NCBI GenBank assembly: GCA_030141605.1
Contig: JAQGDQ010000547.1
Location: 136,190-145,172, forward strand
Reading direction: 5' to 3'
Source of the DNA: Tubiluchus corallicola
Lineage: Eukaryota > Animalia > Priapulida
DNA length: 8,983 nucleotides
The notes below the pieces were generated by a model. The model was not told where the DNA came from. It saw only the letters and a program-made list of their open reading frames with translations, and ran no database searches. The stretch's first letter is position 1. Each line of letters starts with the position of its first letter. Both the position numbers and the translations under genes were made by a program. Positions 1-7,775 of the stretch are shown here, piece by piece.

Positions 1-434
1 GCTGTTAGTTCCTTGCAATTTTAAAGAAATATATTGCGTGGGTGACAGATGTCAGTGCCATTTTGATTTTTTAACAAACGAATGTACTTATCGATAATCG
101 AAATTGTTCAACCTTATTATTAACAACCAATTTTATGGTTTTTCTTACTTCTCAATGACTGAATGTTTGATGAATGAATGTTGCTTTTTTTGTTGTCGTA
201 AAATTCTAATTTATAATTAAGTCAACTTGTTGCCATTGTTCTGACGTCATCCATTATACTCTGCTTATAACCTTATAACTTTAATTCAGTAAAAGCTGCT
301 ACTGGCATTGCATTATAAGTGAGGACTATGTAGGATGTTTGCGTATTTTTGATTATATGTGTATTTATACTCAAAATTTTTTGCTGGGCCTTTTTTGGCT
401 AGTTTATAATTAAGTCGACTTGTTTATTTGGCAG

Positions 435-579
435 CAAGAGACTCATCGGGAAGCAGCGATAATGACACTGCCGATGCTCGAAGCAGTCACAGAGGTAGAG
501 GGGGTGGAGGACGGGGGCGTGGTCGAGGACGGGGCAGAAAAAATACTCGAGGGCGGGGCAGGTCTCGTGGAACTGGACG
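435..579 (+). CDS. Internal coding exon of an unidentified host gene; Ser-rich then RGG/GAR (Gly-Arg) repeat segment
   Basis: Acceptor tttatttggcag| ends at 434 and donor cg|gtatgt starts at 580. GC-rich island in AT-rich DNA. Phase 1 start reads RDSSGSSDNDTADARSSHRGRGGGGRGRGRGRGRKNTRGRGRSRGTG plus CG, with no stops. The 2-nt CG overhang joins G5489 of the next exon to make CGG (Arg) in frame. Confidence 0.8.
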
Positions 580-905
580 GTATGTTTTCCTTAGTATTTA
601 AAGTAAAAATCTTTTTTTTAACCACCTTTGGCTTATATATATTTAGCTTGTAAACTGTGATTTGCATAATACAGGGTGTGTCAAAAGTAATTATACACTT
701 TGATTTTGAATTTGCTAGCTCTTGATTAATGAAAAGGGGCCTTTGAAAATTCTTTTCATTTAGTTTTTGTCTGGAACCACGTTGCTGTGACGATGACCGT
801 AATTTTAGAAAGTAGAATTGAAGCCCAGAGACAGCCTGGCAATAAGGCCTTTCGATCACCATCTGAAATTCAGCGCATTGTATGAACCATACCATTCCCT
901 CACTA

Positions 906-1281
906 CAGTCCACCCTCGTTAAACCGGACTAATTGGGGGGTGTGGGTGTGGTCCGGTTTAGCCGATTGTCCGATTTATCCGATATGCCTATATATGGTCT
1001 ATATTATACAGGAATAATCACCTTATTAAGACCTATATACTGTGCACTATATACCTTACTGTATATTACTTTAAAATGGTTAACCTGTGAGGATAAAGAA
1101 CTTATTGTACAGTTTAAATAAAAAATGGCCTCGGCCCGTCAATGGCTTGTGGTGAGTTGGTAGGCCGTGTTGTGTTTAGTGCTCCGGCTCGGTCGGAAAT
1201 CGGTCAGTTTCCTTTACCACGATGACGTCCGTCTTATCCGATATCCGGGCTAACGGGATCCGGTTTAACGAGGGTCGACTG
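906..1281. mobile_element. Tc1/mariner superfamily (Tigger/pogo-like) MITE, 376 bp
   Basis: TIRs CAGTCCACCCTCGTTAAACCGGA (906-928) and TCCGGTTTAACGAGGGTCGACTG (1259-1281) match at 22/23. TA target duplication at 904-905 and 1282-1283. Subterminal tccg…(t/a)(a/t)ccga-type repeats at both ends. Confidence 0.9.
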
Positions 1282-1427
1282 TATTAACAATGTAGTTTTT
1301 CAACAAGGTGCAGCGCTTCTTCATCACTCAATAGCCATGAGGGACTTTTTAATTGTAAAATGCTCGACTTACCTTTAGATTGATCTCTGACGTTGTTAAG
1401 TCCCTAAAAAAGGTAATGAAAATAAAC

Positions 1428-1471
1428 AGCCTGCTAGTGCAGTGGTTCAAAGCCCGCTAGTGCAGTGGTTC
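1428..1471. repeat. Tandem duplication, 21-bp unit with 23-bp period
   Basis: agcctgctagtgcagtggttc (1428-1448) and agcccgctagtgcagtggttc (1451-1471), 20/21 identical. Confidence 0.85.
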
Positions 1472-1510
1472 TTTCCAGATTTTCACCTTCTTTTTCTTCC
1501 CAGCTTTTCC

Positions 1511-1945
1511 CTATGCGGGGTCGCCGTTGTGAATGAGTTTTCTCCACACATTCCTGTTGTTGACCATCTCTTCATTTATGTTCTTCTCTCTAAGGTCTCC
1601 TTTAATACATTCAATCCCTCTCCGCTTGGGTCGTCCTCTTCCTCTATTTCCCAGCACTTCCATTTCCATGACCTCCCTTCCCACATGATCTTCACCAACT
1701 CTTCTTTTCAGGTGTCCATACCATCGCAATCTTGCAAGGCTTCCACTACTTTTATTGTTCCTCTGATATTATTATTTCTAATTTTAACTCTTCTTGTTAT
1801 TCCCACCATCCATCTCAACATCCTCATCTCCACCACATCCATTTTCTTCTCTTCGGTCTTCTTTAGAGAAGCTGCTTCCAGCCCATAGATTAGAGCGGGT
1901 CTGACCACTTCTTTGTGGACTTTACCTTTAAGTCTCACCGACTCA
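1511..1945 (-). pseudogene. Degenerate C-terminal fragment of an RTE LINE ORF (region downstream of the reverse transcriptase domain)
   Basis: ORFs 1708..1950 and 1511..1729 join through a frameshift near 1730. They carry RTE hallmark motifs (RPALIYG, EMRMLRW, LRWYGH, RGRGRPKRR, DP-stop). No endonuclease or RT core is present. Confidence 0.88.
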
Positions 1946-1985
1946 TTCATAGAAGGTTTTGGCGCAGTTTTTACACACGGATGCC

Positions 1986-3295
1986 CAGGGCACTTTATTT
2001 ATGACTTTAGTCATAAATTGCATAAATAGCTTATTTAATACTAATTTCAGATTTTATTTATGACTATTTATGACGTGTCAAATTTTGACCAAAAATGCCA
2101 TCCTGAGCTAAAAGAAATACATATTTTTAATCAGAATCTTGTATTTTGCCTTTCTTCTTTCTTCATTACATTAAAATGTAATAAAAATGTCTACTTTCAT
2201 CATTCCAAGGCCTGAAGTTTCTCGTATTGTTTTGCATGCAGGCATCCCTCCAGACTGAAATCCGTGATCGTGTTTATAATAATTATAGTATCGGTTTTAA
2301 TTTGTTTAGGATGACCTATAAAATTACTGCTCATAAAAATCAATCTATTAATTAATTCGTACAGTCACAATTCGTAGCCACAATTAGTACAAGTAAATAA
2401 TGTATTTTTTTAAATATCGATTTTAAATTTAATGTTGGAAAATACTATTGGCTATTACATCTTTCTAGGGAACCGTCACGTATGTTTTCTAATTAAAATT
2501 GCATTAAGCAAAATAACTAAACAAGAAAAACAGTTAAATTTTAATGACAATGAAGCAGCAAATTCTCCCAAAGATAAAATATGCTCAAATTCTAGCAGAC
2601 GGCATTATTCTTATTTCTTGAGGATGAGGCAGTAAGGCACGGGAAACGCTTGCGGCAAACTCGAGCTAAAACCTACACCCAAGCCATTGACTTACGCCGC
2701 TTAGGGGTGAGCATCGAAGTTCGGTTCGATTCGAATTCGAAAGTCACAAATTCGGTTCGATTCGAATTCGCTTTCTGGTAGAGAATGCTCACCCCTAACG
2801 CCGTTAGGATGAGAAAGGCACTGAAATGAACGTGCAAAGAAAAGAATTAGAAGTGTAGATTTCTGTTATTGTGCAGAGCGTAGGTTTGAGGCGGTAGAAC
2901 TTTAGGACATTAAAATAGGTAAGCTGTCTTTAATTCAAATTTTCGATGGAACGACAACGATTCTGTCGGTGCCTATTTATTTTTTCGCGGTAACGCGCTC
3001 ATTTACTTTTTATTATTTAGGTTGCTTCTAGACGAGTTAATGACAGATAAACGCATCAGTTAGACAGTCTCAGTTACTGTGTTAGTCCACCAAACAGTCA
3101 CGCGCAAGCTTCTTATGGACTGCCTGTGTGTGTGGGAGAGAGAGAGAGACGGTGGAAACAGTTTTCTGTACTGAATTTTTTGTTCCATTCTTCGGGAAGT
3201 GATTATTTTTCTTTCGTTATTTATGACAAATTTGAAATCTTATTTATGACTATTTATGACTATTTTGCAAGAAAAGTCATAAATAAAGTGCCCTG
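1986..3295. mobile_element. Non-autonomous DNA transposon with an 8-bp TSD (hAT-like), 1310 bp including a nested MITE
   Basis: Perfect 23-bp TIRs CAGGGCACTTTATTTATGACTTT (1986-2008) and AAAGTCATAAATAAAGTGCCCTG (3273-3295). Perfect 8-bp TSD CGGATGCC at 1978-1985 and 3296-3303. Clustered subterminal (T)TTATGAC repeats near both ends. No transposase ORF. Confidence 0.93.
2702..2797. mobile_element. 96-bp hAT-like MITE nested in the 1986-3295 element
   Basis: 13-bp perfect TIRs TAGGGGTGAGCAT / ATGCTCACCCCTA. 8-bp TSD ACGCCGCT (2694-2701) and ACGCCGTT (2798-2805). Internal 20-bp direct repeat TTCGGTTCGATTCGAATTCG at 2720-2739 and 2751-2770. Confidence 0.88.
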
Positions 3296-3310
3296 CGGAT
3301 GCCCTTCCTG

Positions 3311-3393
3311 ACCCTAACCCTCCCTTTTTATCCGGGCTTGGGACCGGCACTGAGTTGGGCTGGCTTGCCCCCCCCCCCCCCCGTGGCTAGGTT
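3311..3393 (-). ncRNA. Type-P1 twister self-cleaving ribozyme, 3' cleavage-product form, at the RTE 5' end
   Basis: Minus strand reads AA-CCU-AGCC-AC-G15-C-AAGCCA-GCCCAACUCAGU-GCCGG-UCCCAAGC-CCGG-AUAAAA-AGG-GAGGG-UUAGGGU. P2 is CCU/AGG and P4 is CCGG/CCGG with loop UCCCAAGC. The loop CCC can pair with GGG of GAGGG (pseudoknot T1). The core closely matches my recollection of the rice Osa-1-4 twister (UGCCGGUCCCAAGCCCGGAUAAAAGUGGAGGG). Confidence 0.85.
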
Positions 3394-3883
3394 CTTTTCA
3401 GATTTTCATCTAATTTGACTAAAAGATTTGCCAAGCGTTTAGTTCATCTGCAAAACATTTTGCTTTATTTCTTAAAAAAATAAAGAAAATGCAAAGCGTG
3501 CAAGTGATTTCTGAGACACCTGTAATATATTTAAATATACCTGCAATTTTGTATATTTTCATTTTTTATCTCTACATAACTGATTTGTAGGTTGACAGAC
3601 ATATAAGTGACAAGAGCCATTGAAAACTGTAGAAAAGCATTTCGTGTAAAATTTGCTGTTGAAAATGTATTTAAATGATCATGAATGTGGTCTGTGACAT
3701 TAAACTGTAAGTAAGTATTGTTTCGGTTCCACATAAGATACACAAACTGATATCTGAACAACATTTGTTATATTATATTGAATGTCACGTTAAAATATGG
3801 ATGACCAAATGTGAGAACTCAATTGAGAACATTGAATTCTTCAGCTACCATGTGTTTTTAACTCTGTTATATCAGGAAAATAG

Positions 3884-3957
3884 AATATATATATGTATAT
3901 ATATATACATATACTAGTCGTTTATTATATATATATCTAGTATATATATTATATATT
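3884..3957. repeat. Imperfect (TA)n microsatellite / SINE tail
   Basis: Interrupted (AT)n runs abut the SINE 3' end. A similar TA-rich tract lies on the other side at 4504-4554. Confidence 0.8.
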
Positions 3958-4503
3958 GGCTTCCTTCTGTCTGGGAAGACAATGGAGTGTGCGCCAAGAG
4001 AGTCAGTTATTGATCACATTGATGGAGCTGCAGCGTCGACTGTGGCTGAGCAGTGCGATCCTTGAACCACTGGAATGGCCTCTCCAGGGCGCACGCCTGG
4101 GCAAGGTGTATGGGGCTTCTGAGTTGCCCAGACAACAGGAACCCCCTCTCTTCCTCCCTGGTGTAGTCCAAAGGAAAGCGGAGTGATACGTTTGGCACCA
4201 GGTTGGCTGCAGGAGCTGCCGGAGTCAGTGAGCATGCTGCACTGGTCCGCCTTCGGGGCTCCACTCCTGATTTGGAAGGTTTACTCCTCTACACATGGCC
4301 GTTGGGTCACTTGACCTCCTCCGTCCTCTAGCCGTTGGCTGCTTGTGCAGCTCCTCCGCTTAGTGTCAAGATACAGTGTGGGCATCCTGCAAGCCTACAG
4401 CACCTGGTATTCCTGGGTGGTCACCTATCCAAGTACTAACCAGGCTCTACGTTGTTTAACTTCGGTGATCAGAACCGGTGTTTTCAACGTGATTTGGCCG
4501 TAG
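3958..4503 (-). mobile_element. 5S rRNA-derived SINE (SINE3) with a bipartite RTE (BovB/AviRTE-like) body
   Basis: 5S head at 4503-4391 with no oligo-T terminator, then a GC-rich body resembling an RTE 5' UTR (~4290-4075). Next comes the RTE ORF end SRIALLSHSRRC…stop (4065-4003) and an RTE-like 3' terminus ccattgtcttcccagacagaaggaagcc with a TGTCT/AGACA hairpin, running into an AT tail. TA-rich flanks on both sides. Confidence 0.85.
4391..4503 (-). pseudogene. 5S rRNA-derived sequence (SINE head carrying the pol III type 1 internal promoter)
   Basis: Minus strand ctacggccaaatcacgttgaaaacaccggttct[5-nt deletion]gatcaccgaagttaaacaacgtagagcctggttagtacttggataggtgaccacccaggaataccaggtgctgtaggctt is colinear with animal 5S rRNA. 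Box A-like (agttaaacaacgtag) and box C-like (tggataggtgacc) motifs are retained. It lacks the first 2 nt and has several substitutions. Confidence 0.9.
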
Positions 4504-4741
4504 TTATATTATATATTATATTGTACTATATTATATATATTACTATACTATATTAGTGTCTGATAGAAAAACTGGTTTTAGCCACCATGCTGCTCTGTCT
4601 GTCTTCCTTTTTGAGAGACTTATGAATGTCTAAGATGTCTTTATTGATTGTTTATCTTATTTCAGAGGACTGCTCTAGGTAATTAGGTACATTACAGTTT
4701 TGCCAGACAATTATTCGTTCCAGCCAAAGACTAATTTCTCA

Positions 4742-5410
4742 TATGTGCGCTTGCATAGCAAAATCGTCCATAAGTCGGCAATTAACCTTTTCTAGTTGTT
4801 CACATACCGTGAATCTCCATTTCGTGCGGATCATTTTGATACCAAGCTCATCGTTCTGTGTTATTTCTAAGCTGAGATAATCCACGTTGAAGTTGAGTGC
4901 ATGCTACGTACTAAAAAACATAATCTTGAGAAAATCGCTGTTAAAGTTGACCATCGTTTTTTGTCGCGTTTCTATAAAACACTTGACAACTGTACGAAAG
5001 TGTGGTTGCTATGGACTTTACAAAAGCACGTTGAAGTTAAGTTTAAATCCAGTAGATGGCTCTTCCTGACGAAGATGTGAGCTTGTCAACAGAAAAAACC
5101 AGAAACAAATGACTCCTTCCGCAAATTATTATCGGAGTTTGAAAATGCAAGTTTTTTACAATTGCAGTACTAATTTCTAGGCAGAGAAATGGGCACGGGG
5201 CTATAAAATTAAATTTTTGTTATTCTTGGGACATTTTCTTGATAATTTGATGCTAGAATACAAAAGTCCAATATATTTAGCATTTGTTTTTATAAAAAAA
5301 AACAAAAAAATGACATTTGGCTACATTTTTGGTGCATTCTGCCTTGAAGCATCATAACATAGTTTTAAGTATGCCGACTTATGGACGAGTTTGCTTTGCA
5401 AACACACATA
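4742..5410. mobile_element. MITE with ~39-bp TIRs, superfamily uncertain
   Basis: TATGTGCGCTTGCATAGCAAAATCGTCCATAAGTCGGCA (4742-4780) matches the reverse complement of 5372-5410 at 35/39. If the termini are GTG…CAC (4745-5407), the flanks ATAT/ATAG could be a 4-bp TSD. Interior is non-coding. Confidence 0.82.
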
Positions 5411-5488
5411 GGGGTTTGTACAGGTTTGTGCTATTTTTAAATGTGATCATTTCTGTACAAGCTCCGCTAAATTGAATTTCCCTAACAG

Positions 5489-5634
5489 GGGAAAGTCGAA
5501 GAGACGGTTGACTGAAGATGAAGAAGAATCAGATGTAGAAGAGAAGAGGAGAAAGGCAAAGCCTGATAGCTCTGATAAAGAAGATGATGATGAGAATCGT
5601 GTAATGGATGCACGTGATCATTCTCCTGAAAGAG
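5489..5634 (+). CDS. Internal coding exon of the same gene; basic clusters with acidic Asp/Glu/Ser tracts (nuclear-protein-like disordered tail)
   Basis: Acceptor ttccctaacag| ends at 5488 and donor agag|gtaggg starts at 5635. Reads G + GKSKRRLTEDEEESDVEEKRRKAKPDSSDKEDDDENRVMDARDHSPER + G (146 nt = 1+144+1). Phase is compatible with exon 435-579. Confidence 0.8.
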
Positions 5635-5690
5635 GTAGGGACTAATGGTTTTAAATGAGAGAATATCGAGCATTAACCTCATTTGATGAG

Positions 5691-5754
5691 TGGACATTGG
5701 ACAGTACTTGTAGTAGTCTTTTTGAACACTGGACAGTACTTGCAGTAGTCTGTT
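5691..5754. repeat. 32-bp tandem duplication
   Basis: tggacattggacagtacttgtagtagtctttt and tgaacactggacagtacttgcagtagtctgtt, 28/32 identical. Confidence 0.8.
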
Positions 5755-5806
5755 TGGATGCTTTTGCACAGAAAGCTCAATGTTCAGTTTTATATCAAAT
5801 TTCATC

Positions 5807-5844
5807 TGTGTGTGTGTGTGTGTGTGTGTGTCTGTGTGTGTGTG
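5807..5844. repeat. (TG)n microsatellite
   Basis: About 19 dinucleotide units with one TC interruption. Confidence 0.95.
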
Positions 5845-6443
5845 CATGCGTGTTCTTTGTCAAGATTAAAAAATGTGTTTAAAACGTAAATAGTTCATCT
5901 TTTTTTCAAGAATTTTCAAGTGATCAGCAATTTTATACAAAAAAGTACAAGCAATGAACTATGCTTAGATTATTTAGTTTAGATATAGTTTTTTGGAAGC
6001 ATTTTTAGGAAACATTTTTGTAGAATTGCTTCATTATTGAAATTTTGGAAACTTTATTATGAAGACTTATTATTGAGCATACTCTGATTGCTCTAACAAG
6101 CTATGTTGTTTTCACTACAATAATAATATTAATTTCACATTTAAAAAGCTTTATAAATCGAGAGGCGTTTTAATATGATATATTAACGTAGTTGTTGTTG
6201 GCATTATGGATTTATTAATTTTTCTTGCGCATTTATGATAAATTGATGAAGAGAACTGCAATATTGAACTTCCAGTCAAAGCTTTGTTCTAGTATAAACT
6301 TTGCGTTTTACATTGCTTTGCATAATTTTAAATTTTAAAATTGTAGATGGCCTGATAAGTCAAGTCTTGAAATAGAAATGAATAATGCACTTGCAAGTTA
6401 GAATCCTGTGGTTTTAACATTCCTAATGAGTGTGTGCATCATT

Positions 6444-7610
6444 ATCAACAACAGCACACGAAAACAACAAAATGAGGCAAACAACTGCAAATCATACAAT
6501 CAACAACAGCACACCAAAACAACAAAAAGAGACAAACAATTGCATATCATACAATCAACAACAGTACACGCAAACAACAAAAAGAGACAAACAACTGAAA
6601 ATCATACAATCAAAACAGCACACACAAACAACAAAAAGAGACAAACAACTGCAAATCATACAATCAACAACAGCACATGCAAACAACAAAAAAAGACAAA
6701 CAACCGCAAATCATACAATCAAAACAGCACACACAAACAACAAAAAGAGACAAACAACTGCAAATCATACAGTCAAAACAGCACACACAAACAACAAAAA
6801 GAGACAAACAACTGCAAATCATACAATCAACAACAGCACACGCAAACGGCAAAAAGAGACAAGCAACTGCAAATCATACAGTCTACAACGACACACACAA
6901 ACAACAAAAAGAGACAAACAACTGCAAATCATACAATCAAAACAGCACACACAAACAACAAAATGAGGCAAACAACTGCAAATCATACAATCAACAACAG
7001 CACACGCAAACAACAAAAAGAGACAAACAACTGCAAATCATACAGTCTACAACGACACACACAAACAACAAAAAGAGACAAACAACTGCAAATCATACAA
7101 TCAACAACAGCACACGCAAACAACAAAAAGAGACAAACAACTGCAAATCATACAATCAACAACAGCACACGCAAACAACAAAAAGAGACAAACAACTGCA
7201 AATCATACAATCAAAACAGCACACGCAAACAACAAAAAGAGACAAACAACTGCAAATCATACAATCAAAACAGCACACACAAACAACAAAAAGAGACAAA
7301 CAACTGCAAATCATACAATCAAAACAGCACACACAAACAACAAAAAGAGACAAACAACTGCAAATCATACAATCAAAACAGCACACGCAAACAACAAAAA
7401 GAGACAAACAACTGCAAATCATACAATCAAAACAGCACACACAAACAACAAAAAGAGACAAACAACTGCAAATCATACAATCAACAACAGCACACACAAA
7501 CAACAAAAAGAGACAAACAACTGCAAATCATACAATCAACAACAGCACACACAAACAACAAAAAGAGACAAACAACTGCAAATCATACAATCAAAACAGC
7601 ACACACAAAC
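6444..7610. repeat. Minisatellite, 54/55-bp unit, ~21 copies
   Basis: Unit aaacaacaaaaagagacaaacaactgcaaatcatacaatcaa(c)aacagcacac(a/g)c. The core atcatac occurs 21 times between 6492 and 7588. Strongly A/C-biased on the + strand. Confidence 0.97.
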
Positions 7611-7775
7611 GTTAAGATACGGCACACTGCTACAAAAATCACAGTTACACAAAAATTGTATAATTTAGCAACGAAAAAAGAAAAATGACTTAAAAGTAGC
7701 AGTATTATATATACCAGCTGTATCTGTACACTTTCAAATTTTAACATTTCAACTTCTCTAATTTTGCACTTCCAG

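Larger units (their letters stand above)
1489..3393 (-). mobile_element. Bipartite (internally deleted) non-autonomous RTE-clade non-LTR retrotransposon, about 590 bp once the nested DNA transposon is removed
   Basis: The 3' part (~1945-1489) encodes a frameshifted RTE ORF C-terminus (VRLKGKVHKEVVRPALIYG…MRMLRWMVG… / LRWYGHLKRR…GRGRPKRR…GDPA*), then a short 3' UTR and (GAA)n-like tail. The 5' part (3393-3296, continuing 1977-1951) is an RTE-type 5' UTR with a twister motif and GGAAGGGCATCCG…TAAAA. Flanking direct repeats are (ggtt)ctttccagattttcacct at 1467/1471-1488 and (ggtt)cttttcagattttcatct at 3390/3394-3411. Confidence 0.88.
672..3522. mobile_element. Possible old Tc1/mariner MITE enclosing the Tigger MITE and the RTE nest
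   Basis: The left end TA|CAGGGTGTGTCAAAAGTAATTATACACTTTG (from 672) is a typical mariner-type TIR. A diverged inverted counterpart CAAAGCGTGCAAGTGATTTCTGAGACACCTG|TA ends at 3522 (roughly two-thirds identity by eye, with gaps). Confidence 0.4.

Noticed and set aside
168-244. Intronic C/D-box snoRNA (UGAUGA at 168, CUGA at 241)
   Set aside because: No adjacent terminal stem, no rRNA-complementary guide that I can recognise, and a low-complexity U-rich interior.
420-913. ORFs 420..653 (+) and 443..913 (-)
   Set aside because: Alternative-frame and antisense shadows of the GC-rich exon 435-579, running on into intronic and repeat DNA.
1442-1888. 148-aa hydrophobic ORF on +
   Set aside because: Antisense shadow of the purine-rich RTE ORF fragment.
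3956-4264. Three short ORFs in the GC-rich block
   Set aside because: They lie in the SINE body. The only recognisable peptide (SRIALLSHSRRC) is in a different minus-strand frame and is a LINE remnant.
4391-4503. Functional 5S rRNA gene
   Set aside because: It has a 5-nt internal deletion, lacks the first 2 nt, has no oligo-T terminator, is a single copy here, and is fused to a retroelement body.
5482-5882. ORFs 5482..5847 (-) and 5655..5882 (+)
   Set aside because: Antisense of exon 5489-5634 plus translation of the (TG)n tract. No protein-like signal beyond that.
6347-6375. Alternative last exon after ttgtag (D-G-L-I-S-Q-V-L-K-stop)
   Set aside because: Phase-compatible, but the acceptor has an A-rich, poor pyrimidine tract compared with 7775. 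It cannot be fully excluded without RNA data.
6444-7610. CRISPR-like array
   Set aside because: Units are head-to-tail with no unique spacers, the context is eukaryotic, and there are no cas genes.
6408-7688. Long ORFs (426, 312 and 178 aa on +; Cys-rich ORFs on -)
   Set aside because: These are translations of the minisatellite. All + frames stay open because the unit lacks stop codons, and the same three peptides alternate with the 54/55-bp unit length.
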